DNA from: Octopus sinensis
Taxonomy: Eukaryota
Assembly: GCF_006345805.1 (NCBI RefSeq)
Contig: NC_043003.1
Coordinates: 56,110,001-56,174,000, forward strand
Length of the DNA: 64,000 bases
Direction: 5' to 3'
Below, in pieces: positions 1 to 13,662 of this stretch (the first letter of the stretch is position 1; every line of letters starts with the position of its first letter). Made by a program: the position numbers and the translations under genes. Below the pieces are notes generated by a model. It saw only the letters and a program-made list of their open reading frames with translations. It did not search any database and had not been told where the DNA came from.

Positions 1-1087
1 TGTTTGTGGTGCTAGTGGTGGTGGTGGTGGTAGTGGTCGTTGTCGTGTGAGCCTAGTAGTAGTAGTAGTGGTGGTGGTGGTGGTGGTGGCGGTGGTGATA
101 TTTGTGGTGGTAGTGGTCGATGTGGTGTGAGCGCTGGTGGTGAAGACGCTGATTGTGATGGTGGAGGCGGAGGTATGGATGGCGGTGACTACGTTGACGG
201 TGGTAGAGGTGAGAGTGGTGGATATATTGATGGTGGTGATATTGGTATTGGTGGTAGTAGCGTCGGTAGTGATGGTGATAATGATGATGGTGGACGTTGT
301 AGTAGTCGTTGTAGTGGTGACGGTAATGGTAGTGGTGGGTATGATGATGAAGGTGGTGGTGGCGGCGGTAGTAATGGATTTGATATCGTTTTTGGTGTGC
401 CGGTGTTAACGTTGAGGATCGCGGGCAGATGATAGTGGTGCGTCGGTGGTAGTAATGGTAGTGATGGCGATGATGGTGTGTAGTAGTGGTGTGATGGTGG
501 TGGTCATTATGATGGTGATGGTAATGGAGGTGGTGGTGGTCGTCGTCGTTATAGCGGTGGTTATGACTATAATGATGGTGGTAACGGAGATAATAACTGT
601 AGTGCTTGTCTTTACTGGTAGTAGTTAGACCTGGGGGTGGGCGGAGCTGGAGATGGTGGTGCAGTTGTTAGCATTCGCTATGCTATCGGTAATGATGATG
701 ATGATGATGATGATGACGACGACGACGACGAAGTCGATCATGGTGATGATGATGATGATGATGATCATCATCATCATTATCATCATCATGACGACAGTAA
801 CCACGCCGATAATGATGATGATGATGATGAGAAGGAGGAGGATATAGAAGAGCAAGAGGAGGAGGATGACGACGAAGACGATGACGGCTTCGATTAAGAC
901 GTCGACGACGATGATGATTGATAATGAGGAGGAGGAAGGGGAGCAAGGGGAGGACGTTGATGATGATGATGATGATGAAGATGATGACTGTCTTGATGGC
1001 GACGATGCTGTTGCTGCTACTGCTGCTACTGCTGCTGCTACTGCTAGTGCTGCTGATGCTGCAGTTGATGATGATGATGATGATGAC

Positions 1088-1147
<60 letters not shown>

Positions 1148-1260
1148 GATGATGATGATGGTGATGAAGATGACGGCAATGGTGACGACGATAATGAAGA
1201 TGACGATAATGAGGATGATGATGATGATGATGAGACCACGATGATAATTCTGACGTTTAC
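1..1260. repeat. Compound trinucleotide low-complexity tract (GGT/GAT/GAC/GCT)
   Basis: Runs of ggt, gat, gac and gct; the ORFs here are poly-G/D/M/S artefacts. Confidence 0.95.
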
Positions 1261-1728
1261 GTTGCTTGAAACGTCGATAGGTTGTAAATGCTCTTAGCAA
1301 TGGAATCAACGCCAGCGATGTGCGGTGTTTGGGTTATTTCCGTAGCGGCACTTCTCTCTCACAGAAGGTGGTATTCGGATGTGCCACAAGTACAGGATGT
1401 GGAAATGTTGCTAACACTAAAGAGGAGCTGAAGACTTGGTGATCAGAGACATAGATGGCGGTAGCGTATGTGTGAAGTGATAATTTTAGTGATGATCAGC
1501 GTGGTGCTAATGGCGCTAACCCTTTAAAGAAAATGGAGTTGATATTAACAGAAATGGTAATGGCAGTATTACTCTGCTGTCGATGTGGGTGATAGCGTGT
1601 TGATTGTGGCGATAGTGGTGATGGTTGGGTGGTGATGGTGGTGGTGGGGGTTGGGGTGGTAGTGATGATGGTATATGTGGTGGGTGGTGGTGATGGTAGT
1701 GGTGATGCTGGTGTAGGTGGTGGCGGCG

Positions 1729-1960
1729 GCGGCGAGCTGGCAGAAACGTTAGCACGCCGGGCGAAATGCGTAGCCGTATTTTGTCTGTCGTTACGTTCTG
1801 AGTTCAAATTCCGCCGAGGTCGACTTTGCCTTTCATCCTTTCGGGGTCGATAAATTAAGTACCAGTTACGTACTGGGGTCGATGTAATCGACCTAATACC
1901 TATGTCTGTCCTTGTTTGTCCCCTCTGTCTTTAGCCCCTTGTGGGTAATAAAGAAATAGG
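1729..1960 (+). mobile_element. tRNA-derived SINE, family A (Deu/Nin-like core)
   Basis: Head ggcggcgagctggcagaaacgttagc (A-box-like), B-box gagttcaaattcc, core gcctttcatcctttcggggtcgataaattaagtacc; many other copies in the window. The Deu/Nin assignment is from memory of the motif. Confidence 0.8.
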
Positions 1961-3352
1961 TAATGGTGGTAGTGGTGATAGCACTGGTGGTGATTATGGT
2001 GGTGGTAGTGATGGTGGTAGTGGTCGCCATCGTCGTTGTGATGGTTGATGTAATGTTGTTACGGTTGTTGCTGGTGGTAGTGGTGGTGGTTTTGGGTATA
2101 ATGTCAGTGGTGGTTGTAGCGGTGGTGATGGTGGCCGTGATGGAAACCATGATGGTGATGGTGGTGGTGGTGGCCGTGGTGGTTGTGGTGATTGTGCTGG
2201 TAGTGATGTTGGTTGTGATGCTGGTGCTAGCGCAGTTTTTGTTGTTATTATTGTTGTGTTTGCTGTTGTAGTAGTGACGGTGGTGGTAGTGGCGGTGGTA
2301 TCGATGGCAGATCTGGTCGTGGTGGATGCAGAGGTCGTAATAGATAACAATTACCATGAAAAAGCTGATAAACGTTGCACTAGTGACCATCTAATTTTTT
2401 ATCGTTCTTCTTGTTCTTCTTGCTGTTGTTGTCATTATCGCTATTGTTGTTACTGTTGCTCTTGTTGATACACTTAGTGATCCTGTTGAGCGTAATAATA
2501 ATAATGGCGTTTATTATTTTTAATACAATCTTATATAGGTGGCGTTGCTGGTAGTGGTGATCAAGATAACAGCATTAGCGGTAATCTTTCCAATGACGTT
2601 GCTTTGCTGATGTTTGTGGCTATTGCGGTCGAGGTGACGATGTCGGCGATGAAGGAAGAGGTGCTGGAGGCAGCGATGATAATTGAATGAGGCTGCTATT
2701 TAATGGCGGTGTTAGAAACTCTTATGTACCTAGATATATTAAGGAGTCAATGTTATTTTCAGAAGTTAATTAAAAACTTTGTTTTTATATTTGACTGAAT
2801 TGTTTTTACAGTTATCTCTTTAGATGAAAATCAATAAAATATTGTTATTTAATTTTTAACAAACCAGATTCTCATTAACTCTGTTCCTCTTCTCTATTTA
2901 CTTCCTGTGTCTTTCTAGTTTTTCTTTTGCTTTTCTATATGCGTCACTTTATTTTTGTAATCTTCTTTCAGTTTCTCTATTACACCACACTTCATTACAC
3001 ACACATTCTAGTGTACATACAGGCACACGCAAAAACACACACATAAGTGTATATGAATACACTAACATACTCACTCACTGACAGGCATATTTGGGCACAC
3101 ACACACACACACATATATATATGTTTATATATGCATGTATATAGATATATGTACACATATGTATATAGAAATATATATGTATATGCATAAATATATTATA
3201 TATATATCATACACACGTGTGAATATAAACACTATTACATGTATATATGTCTATATACACACAGTTATGCATATATGCATATTTATATATATACGTACAT
3301 ATATGCAGTAATGTATACATACATATATTCATACGTGTATATTTATACGTAT

Positions 3353-3447
<95 letters not shown>

Positions 3448-4103
3448 ATACATATATACATTTCATTTATACATATATAGACAGAGTCACACTCATACAC
3501 ACACATACATATATGTGATCGCAATTATAACGGAAACATTATTTGAGCAAAGCGATTAACAAGAGAGATCAATAGATGCAGAAAAAGTATTTAAAATAAA
3601 GAAACATCAGGATTACCGCATTAAAAAAAAATTAGATATAAATACAACTAAAACGAACGGATACTTGAAAATAAATTTAAGCTACAAATTGAAATAAATG
3701 CATAATATATTGCGTAACTTGTTCGGACACGATCGTATTCAGAACAGAGGAAGAGTGGTAAAATGTTATAGAGACGTTAACATTTTTAGCAAGATATATG
3801 GAATTGAAAATTATGAGGCAGTTACTCCATTTCTGCACTAGGTACTAAAAGTTTATGATGCTAAAAACCCACGAAATATCAACGATACGATTAAGTTCGG
3901 GTAATTTTAACCGAATTTTCAAACCTGACACGAAATATTTAAGAGAAAAAAGAACGATTGGTATGTGACTGCCAGTACAGTTGGTTGAAAAATTTGTTTG
4001 ATAAAATGAATTTTGAATGCTAATAAATGCGAAACATCAATCCATCCATGCATACATGTATATATGTATGAGTGTGTATATATATATATATGCATATATA
4101 TGA

Positions 4104-4139
<36 letters not shown>

Positions 4140-4161
4140 GTGTGCATATACATGTATATGA

Positions 4162-4218
<57 letters not shown>

Positions 4219-4734
4219 GTTTGTATATATGTATGTATATAAAAGTAAGGTAGCTTCACGGATTCTAAAACCATGTAGGAAATAAAGTGATTTGGGCTGC
4301 CAGGAGCACAAGCATTGCTAGAAACAAGAGTGAAATACTCTTTAGCCACAAACAAAGTACATATTCTATGTACTGAGAAGGGAGACAACTCCAGATATAT
4401 TTGTATCTATCTATGTATCAGTCTGTGTGTGTGTGTGGCACAAATGAACTTTTGAGCGAGTAAGACCACTTCCTCAATTCAGTAAGGCTGTGATTTTGTT
4501 TTCAATGGATAAATCGTTAAACATCATTGAACGCTGTTTCGACTGGAATCAGATAAATACCAGTGCATACGACGTGCCACAAACCCAGGATATTCTGCGT
4601 TCAATGGGTTGTCATTAACACGTATCCTAATTGATGTATAGATGAGATATTGACAGATATTAAGTCATACTCAGGATACATGCATATAGGGGACTCTCAT
4701 ACGAGAGGGGACTGAAATGTTCCTTGATTTAAGG

Positions 4735-5322
4735 GTATCACGAATTTTATTTTTAATTTACAAAATATGAGCCATTTTGTTACACAATGCGTCTCTATGT
4801 TTCCTTTAACTTGGAAATACCCTCTTGCCAGAATTGATGTGGTTTCATGGCAAAGAATTCATAAGGGTATCTTTTTAGGTCATTCAAGGAATTGAAATTT
4901 TTACCATTAAGGCGATTCTGCATAGACCTGAATAAGTGGAAATCTGAAGGAGCAATATCTGGCGAATATGGAGTGTGGGGTAACACATCCCAGCCAAGCT
5001 GCATCGATTTTTCTCTGGTTCCCAAAGAAACGTGCGTCTTCCGTATAGTTCTTTCAGATAAAGAAACATCACCGTAAACTGTGCATATTTCTTTGGTAAA
5101 GAAAAGCATCAAGTGCCGAAAATGAACATTCTTCTCTTCAATTTTAAATGGTTACAGAATTAGTACAGGTTATAGGAACATAAACCTTCTTCATCGAAGA
5201 AATAACTTAATCTTTTCTCTAAATGGAGGTGTAGTCAAATCCTACTTTATGGAACAATGTTCTAAAATATGTCGAAATGTTAGCTACTAGAAATCGGCAC
5301 GTACTTTCCAAACAACCCAATA
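4735..5322 (-). mobile_element. Internally deleted mariner (DD34D/SETMAR-like) transposon
   Basis: Minus-strand peptides KEICTVYGDVSLSERT and LGWDVLPHTPYSPDIAPSDFHLFRSMQN; TIR ttgggttgtttggaaagtacgtgccgattt at 5322-5291; left end degraded. Confidence 0.85.
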
Positions 5323-5350
5323 TATATATACATATATACATACACACATT

Positions 5351-5396
<46 letters not shown>

Positions 5397-6350
5397 ATAC
5401 ACACATGCATATATATATATGTATATATATATGTGTGTATATATGCATATATATATGTATGTACATATATATCTACATATATATCAATATCTATATCTAT
5501 ATCTATCTATATATAAGCATTTATGCTCACTTATAATAAAACCACTTTTACATTAATCACCTTTCTCTATACTGATATAAAGTATAAATTCATGATTCTC
5601 ATTGAAGAATGTTGTTGATATAAGTTTCGACAATCTAAGCCATCACTGTTTGCGGTTTATCTCGCTTATACTTCGAAGTCAACAACACCTTTGTATAAGA
5701 AATATAATACATATATATATATATATGTATTTATATGTATACATATATATATATACTTCTATACATATAAAAATGTATATAAAAATACATACGTGTATAC
5801 ACACACACATATATATTTATGTGTGAGTGTGTGTATGTATATGTACACTGATATCAGGTAACTAAACCATCGAATATTTCAGGAGTTAATACAGACGGGC
5901 CTACCACTGACAAACGTCTATTCTAGCAATCCAAGACGCTCAAGTGGCGGTTATCTCCCCTGTTAGTGTATATATACTGCATACTTCTAAGGACATTAAG
6001 AGCTTTTACACCTTATTTCTTAAAATATGGGTGGTTTTCTACCCTAAAATCGTCAGTCATAATTAGTGACGATAACATTTGTCCATTATAGTACTATGGT
6101 ATTATACTGCGCCTAAATATACACATATATACATACATATACGTATGTATATATGCATGTAAGTAAGGACACAGAGATTTATATCAATGTATATCATGAA
6201 ATATAGGCGCTCAGACACAATGCATGTATATATTCATTCCCATATACGCACACATACAGATACAAATTCACATACACGCTTATGATTGCAGCGTTAAGAT
6301 GTGTATATGCGTCCATCTAGATATATATGTTTCGTCAATCTGTATATATA

Positions 6351-6399
<49 letters not shown>

Positions 6400-6441
6400 T
6401 ATATATATATTATATATATATATACACATATGTGTGTGTGT

Positions 6442-6484
<43 letters not shown>

Positions 6485-6850
6485 TGTGTGTATGAATATG
6501 TGTGCGTATCACGTATATTCTCAATTGCTGTTTGCGATTATATGTGTACTTGGTAGGGCATCATAAAATAACGTAATTGCCCTTCGGGTGAAGAGAAATA
6601 TTGTATGAGAGATTCTCTTCGTGTAGAGATGACTTTAAGTCAGACTCTTCGGCACCAAACGACTCACACTCTTTCTTGATTTTCTTTCTTTCTCTTAGCT
6701 TTCTCTATCTTTCTTTCTTTCTTTTAATTTTTTTTATCGGTTATTTTGCATATACATACATGCATGCTTGCATAGATGTATATATACCTACGTACCAGCA
6801 TACATACATTTATATATATATACATATTATATATATATAATAATAATTAT

Positions 6851-6888
<38 letters not shown>

Positions 6889-7087
6889 TATATATACATA
6901 TACACGTATACATTTGAATATATATATATATACACACAAAGATATGTACATATAAGTATATATAAATAAGTCTATATACATATATATGTATATACGTACA
7001 TACATATATATATGCGTATGTATATATATAATATATATTTTTATATATATTTAATGAATGCATGTATGTATTTGTCCATATATGTAC

Positions 7088-7161
<74 letters not shown>

Positions 7162-7379
7162 GTGCGTATATATAAGCACACACACACGTACACACATGCG
7201 TACACATACACATACTGCATGGCGAAGGGCACACATCGATTGTGATAAGTTATGTAAGTGAAGATATGTGTTTTGACAAGATTCTTTATTGAGATATAAA
7301 CATGTATAGGTTAATAAGTAGTTATCGCACAGTACCATCTCTTAACAACAAATGCAGTAACTGTTGCCTCATCTGTTGC

Positions 7380-7423
7380 TGCTACAACAACAACAACAAC
7401 AACCACTACTGCTGCTACTACTG

Positions 7424-7476
<53 letters not shown>

Positions 7477-7488
7477 ACGACTACTACG

Positions 7489-7529
<41 letters not shown>

Positions 7530-7608
7530 CCATACTACTACTACTACTACCACTACTACTATTACTACTACTACTATTATTACTACGACTACTATTACTA
7601 CTACTACT
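7380..7608. repeat. (CAA)/(CTA)/(CTG) microsatellite
   Basis: Direct inspection. Confidence 0.95.
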
Positions 7609-7611
7609 AGT

Positions 7612-7828
7612 TAGGTTGATAAAAAAATATTGAGAAAATTACAACTACTTAGGTTGATAAGAAATATTGAGACAGTTACATAGCAAAAATACCAGGACTA
7701 ACAAATGTTTATAACATACAGAAAATAGCACTACAAGGCACCGCATATATCCTACGTAAAACCCTTTCAATACAGTAACAATAAAAACATCACAACAAAC
7801 CACTGCACTTATCCAAACACACAAAGAC
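7612..7828 (+). mobile_element. 3' end fragment of R4/Dong-type LINE
   Basis: Encodes IPGLTNVYNIQKIALQGTAYILRKTLSIQ, homologous to 10120-10208, followed by a similar 3' UTR. Confidence 0.85.
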
Positions 7829-8022
7829 CAGGAAGCGTCATAGAGCTGGCCGACAAGAGTAACCTAAAAAATGAAGAGTGGAGGCCTAAACAGAGCTCCC
7901 CGAGATCAGACATTATATGCAATCTCTGTGAAAATGGACATATACTACACAAGTGCAACGAACCTCTACAGAATGTGTCTGATTATCTGGCGTGCTAATA
8001 ATTCTACAACCTAACTGCCTTG

Positions 8023-8044
8023 AATAATAATAATAATAATAATG

Positions 8045-8093
<49 letters not shown>

Positions 8094-8110
8094 TAATAAT
8101 AATAATGATG

Positions 8111-8141
<31 letters not shown>

Positions 8142-8169
8142 TAATAATAATAACAATAATGATAATAAC

Positions 8170-8209
<40 letters not shown>

Positions 8210-8238
8210 TGATAATAATAATAATAATAATAATGATG

Positions 8239-8293
<55 letters not shown>
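8023..8293. repeat. (AAT)n microsatellite at the 5' side of the R4/Dong element
   Basis: Direct inspection. Confidence 0.95.
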
Positions 8294-8295
<2 letters not shown>

Positions 8296-10307
8296 TGTGA
8301 AAACAGAAATGAACGGACCGGTACCCTAAGAAAATGACGACCGTCAAAATAATGGGCCGGACGTTGTTCCTCATGTCCCGCAAATAAAACCCAAAAGACA
8401 TAAATGGACACGTGAGGAATACATTTCTACCCTACACGCTTACTTCACAGGATTTCTCTACCCAAAAAATGAAAACACAACACACACATAAAATATGGAA
8501 GGAAAATAACATAAATATAGACTTGGATACAGCAATGAACCCTAATAAACTAGCAAACGTACGAAGATACATTCGCAACGCAAAAAAAATATCGGAAATA
8601 GAAATAGAACATCTAAAAGAAAAAATACATCAGGAAAATGTAGATAGAACCACACAACAATGCCCAATACTATAAACACTGACAAACAGCTGGAAGCACT
8701 ACTAAAGACAGTTCATGGATTTACCAAAGAAATATATATGAAATTTGGATTAGAGAAATGCGCCAAAGTAACCCTGAAAAGAGGAAAACTAGTTAAGAGT
8801 AACAACATCACACTAGATAAATCCAATGAAATAAAAGAATTAGATCAAAGCCAAACTTACAAATACTTAGGAATCCATGAACTAGATAAGACACAACACA
8901 CACAAATGAAAGAGAAAATACAAAAGAAATATTATAGACGAGTTAGATCAATACTGAAAACAGAGCTCAATGCTAAAAACAAGATAATAGGTATCAACAC
9001 TTTAGCCGTCCCAGTTATAAGTTACAGCTACAATATCCTTAACTGGACACTAAATGAATAGACCAAAATAGATAAGAAAACAAGAAAAATAATGACAGGA
9101 TCTAGGATGCATCACCCAAAATCTGACATAGAAAGGCTATATATACAAAGTATAGAAGGTGGTAGAGGCCTTATACAGCTGGAAAACTATTATAAAATAA
9201 CCACCATAGGACTGCAAAAATATCTACTTCAGAAGGAAGGAAAACTGATACAAATAGCGGCAAAACACGAGCAAAACAAAAAACTGTTCTTAGTATTTAA
9301 GGAAGCTGACAAACACAAACAAGAAATCATACCACCTAACAAATATGAAGAAGAAGAAGAAGAATATGAAGAAACAACAAAAGCTATAAAACAAATGAAA
9401 TCCAAACTAAAAATAGAACAGCAACGAACCATGATAAAACGATGGCAAGAAAAGCCCCCTCATGATAAATACCGGACTAAACTAAATGCGAAAGAAATAG
9501 ACAAAAAAAATCCCAACAATGGTTGAGAAGCTCAGGACTCAAAGCAGAGACAGAAGATTTTTAATTGCAGCACAAGACCAAAGCCTCCCCACCAGAAATT
9601 ACCAAAAACATGTAATGAAAAGAAATATAACAAGTAACTGCAGAATATGTGGAGATGGACAAAAAACAATAAATCATATTATCTCTGTCTGCCCAGTCCT
9701 GGCTAAGAAGGAATATATTCACAGACACGACAGAGTTGGGACCTATATACACTGGAAACTATGCCAGCATTATGGAATAACAACAGAAAAAAGATGGTAT
9801 AGGCACACACCGGAAAAGGTCACAGAAAACGAGAAAGCAACCATACTCTGGGATATGCCAATACACACACATAGAGAAATTAAGGCCAACATACCAGATA
9901 TAGTTGTCAGAGATCATGAAGAACAAAAATGTTTTCTAATTGATGTATCAATACCAGCGGATGACAACGTGTCTCTAAAAGAAATGGAGAAACTTTCAAA
10001 ATACAATGACCTGGAAATAGAGGTAACCAGAATGTGGAATCAAACAACAGAAACAATTCCTATCATAATAGGTGCATTAGGCATGATAAAAAAATATTCA
10101 GACAAATACATAACAAAAACACCAGGACTTACAAACACATATAACATACAGAAAATTGCACTACTAGGTACTGCACACATCCTACGCAGAACACTTTCCA
10201 TACAATAACCATCAGAGCATCACAATAAATCACAGCACATACCCAAGGCACACAGAGCTGTGCTCGGTAGTGCAGTGGAAGCACGATATAAAAAAGATAC
10301 TACTGAA
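8294..10307 (+). mobile_element. R4/Dong-clade non-LTR retrotransposon (RLE type), internally deleted and pseudogenised
   Basis: N-terminal KRHKWTREEY..NKLANVRRYI; late RT motifs MKFGLEKC and YKYLGI; RLYI..EGGRGL; CCHC CRICGDGQKTINHIISVC; RHDRV; PD..D..K nuclease PDIVVRDHEEQKCFLIDVSIP..KY. Flanked by (TAA)n on both sides; stops and frameshifts present. Confidence 0.92.
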
Positions 10308-10327
10308 TAATAATAATAATAATGATG

Positions 10328-10363
<36 letters not shown>

Positions 10364-10390
10364 GTAATAATAATAAGTAATATAATAAAT

Positions 10391-10939
10391 GCCCTGATGC
10401 AGTACCAGGCAGTGGCTCTCATGGCTTATGATCTTAACTGATGGAAGTGTTATCATGTACATTGTTTTGTCTTGGTATAAAAGATGGCTACAGCAAATAT
10501 TCTGCTCAATACCACAGATTTGCTTGTCAGTTGTTTGACCTTAACCAGTGAGCATGTCCCTTAGTGGCTGACGATATGTGCATCTCTGATCACGAGCAGA
10601 AGTAGTAGGGGAGCATCATGGCCATGTGTTGAGAAGGATTCTTTGGAGTTTGAATGGTCACCTCTGGAAACATAGGTGTTTCGTTCAACATCTAAAGCAA
10701 CCCTTATTCAGGGCCCGTTTGAGCAGGATGGGCTACTCAACCTGAAGAAAATTCTAACGGGCCCCACCTGCAAGGTCATGTGCTGTTTATCTTGATATGA
10801 GATCACCATGTCGCGCACATATGGTGTGATGCATGTGCCTGGTGTACCTTATCAGACGGGTAGTCATGATGGGTATATTGGGCTTCGTATATTTACCCCA
10901 GTGTCACTTTGATGGCATGAAATGCTCTCTCACCAATCA
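10391..10939 (+). repeat. ~550-bp non-coding interspersed repeat bounded by (TAA)n (orientation arbitrary)
   Basis: Reverse-complement homolog at 61895-62326; no ORF and no tRNA boxes seen. Confidence 0.8.
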
Positions 10940-10983
<44 letters not shown>

Positions 10984-10994
10984 TAATAATAATT

Positions 10995-11670
10995 TGCTGG
11001 GAGGGGGATAGACGATCGGATTGACCCCAGTACTTAATTTATCGAGCCCGAAAGGATGAAAGAAAATTCTACCTCGTGTTATTTGAATTCAGAATTAATG
11101 GTAGACGAAATGTCGCTGAGGATTTTGCCCGGCGTGCTAACAATTCTGCCAGCTTGCAGTCTTATACTAATCCTTTCTATTAAAAGCACAATACCTGTAA
11201 TTTTTTGGGGAAAGGGCAAGTTGATCAGCTTGACTTTTGTGCTTCACATATACTTATTTCAACGACCCCGAAAGGATAAAGAACAAATCAACCTAAGCGG
11301 GATTTAAACTCAGAGAGTACAGAGGGACGAAAAACCACTAACCATTTTGCCCAGCGTGCTAACGACTACACCACCTCGCGGACTTGATAGTATTTCTACT
11401 ATATGCATTTCAGCTATATTTCTATATTCTACAATAATTATTTCTACTATATTCACAAGTTATGATATTTTGGGAAGGGGATAGTCACTTACAAGGACCC
11501 CAGTACTCGATTGGTACATGTTCCGTCTTGTATAAAACTTTGAAACGGAAAGTCAACCTCAGCTGAATTTGAACCTAGAACGTAAATTTTTTCTACCAGC
11601 TCATCGCCTCCTTTTAGGGAAAGGTCAGTCCACTACATCGACTCCAGTACAACATTATCTGTACGATACT
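10995..11670 (-). mobile_element. Head-to-tail cluster of 3-4 degraded family A SINEs
   Basis: Repeated reverse complements of the head (ggcgtgctaac..gccagct), B-box (tttgaactcag) and core (cccgaaaggatgaa, gaccccagtac). Confidence 0.75.
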
Positions 11671-12639
11671 TACCCCGCCGTCTTGATAATAACAACAATG
11701 ATAACAAATATGTGTTTGCCTGTGAAAAGATTTATATATATATGTGTGTGTGTGTCTATATATATATATATACATATATATGTATATATATACGTATAAG
11801 TATATATAAACTGATGTATATATATATATATATATATATACATTCGTATATGTATGTGAGTGTATGTGTGTGCGTATGCTTTTAGAGAGTTAGATAGATA
11901 GATGGATATTTAGATAGACATATACACACTAAATATATTTATATAATTACTTTTATTGAATCCTCTCCATAACATAACAAATGCTAGAGTGGTCAATATA
12001 ACCATATCAGAGACTATAACCGCGTGAAAAACAATAAAATATCATTTCTTATGTCAAGAAACTGCTTGAATGTTTTATCATATATGAGTCCTGTCGCATG
12101 AATGTGTTGCTAAGAATTTCGCTTTCGAAATGTGTGGTAGTCAAACACGTCTGTACCGATAAGAATATCGCTTGAGAGATTCATATCAGCCAAGAGAACC
12201 GATAAAGTATGGCTTTTGAATAAATTATTTGATATATGTTCAAGACTAGTTGCGCAATGAATCCCTTATCGTCGTCACTTTCATAATGCTTTGCATATGT
12301 GATTAGTTTGTTGCAAATCTGTGAGCAACAATGTTACTTTTCATGCAATGTAAAATAAACTTAAATAAGAATATACGCAGTTCCTCATATTCTTATATTC
12401 CTGACATTCCGGAGCACTGAACGTCGCTGGAGTGAGTCGTGAAACTTCTAACACCAGACAGTCTAATAATAACCTACATGAATACATTATTCATCTCTCG
12501 GATAATCAGCTGGCGCAAAATTCACTTCAATAGCGTCAACGTAATGTTCATTTTACATATGCTGTATTAGTCAGCCGCCTTTCCTAACTTAACAAAAATA
12601 AGGAAGCAGACGCTGAACCAATATCATAATAGTTTCAAT

Positions 12640-12826
12640 TATTGGCACGTCAGTAACTTCTGCGGAGTGGATACGTTGAGTGCGTTGACTCCCATGATCA
12701 ACTGGTACTTATTTTATCGACTTCAAATGGATGAAAGGCAAAGTCCTCCGGCGGAATTTGAGCTCAGAACATAAAAGACGGACGGAATACCGCAAAGCAT
12801 TTTGCGGGCTATCGATTCTACCAACT
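12640..12826 (-). mobile_element. Family A SINE
   Basis: actggtacttattttatcgac..ggatgaaaggcaaagtc..ggcggaatttgagctcagaac. Confidence 0.75.
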
Positions 12827-13504
12827 TAATCTGAGAGAGTTGACGTTGCCCAGGTAAATGCAATGACAAGTCACAAAGTACAACAAAGCTTTAAGACGCC
12901 GTAGAACCCCTCGCAGTCCCCATGGCAATATTATTTACAACACCCATAGCAGCAATAGATAAAGAAACATTCGTGAAAACAACCGCCCAAGTTTTACTAT
13001 AAGTTTTACTGAGACTATGCATAGCGAACAGTGATTAGTTAAACGATCATAATTTCAAATAGTAAACCTTTAACTGAGCTCACACAAGAAATACACTGAA
13101 CTCACCATACCATCTTTTCTTTTACACACCACTGTGCCAGAGACTCAGTGATAAGCGATAATTTACTACATGGCTATGAACTGTTTCGACACGTCTTACC
13201 TGGTAATTTTAGACGGCGATTTGCCAGAGTAATTATAACGCAAGAACATTAAACAATATGGAATATCTTACATTCCCAACAATTCTGCGCACATTAAATT
13301 GAGATCCGGTGGAGGCTAACTTCTCGAATTTAGTGTCAACAAGTACCAGTTTTTTCTTCTTCCTCACCCATATTCTCACCTCACCTCATTCTCTCGGGAG
13401 GATAGAGGTTGCATTCAGACCGTGATGTGCATTACGATTTCTAGGTCCCCAATGCTCTAAACTCAATTTCTGTCACTTATGCGATATTCAGGTTCCAACA
13501 GGAG

Positions 13505-13541
<37 letters not shown>

Positions 13542-13587
13542 GCACACACACGCACAAATTATTCTCTATATTGTACGTATGTGTATA

Positions 13588-13659
<72 letters not shown>

Positions 13660-13662
<3 letters not shown>

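Noticed and set aside
1729-1815. tRNA gene
   Set aside because: A/B-box head runs into a SINE core with no cloverleaf; treated as a SINE.
40-2468. Long ORFs (up to 208 aa) in the ORF track
   Set aside because: Translations of trinucleotide repeats that are open in several frames on both strands; no domain content.
4370-5660. Additional hammerhead-like fragments (4370, 4540, 5620; also 29560, 29680, 58198)
   Set aside because: Each lacks either the CUGANGA-type core or a pairing stem I; too degenerate to support.
10391-10760. HDV-like ribozyme or U2 snRNA similarity at the start of the 550-bp element
   Set aside because: The putative P1 partner (tcagggc at ~10708) lacks the required P1.1/P3 context and is not conserved in the second copy; the U2 resemblance is only a few short words.
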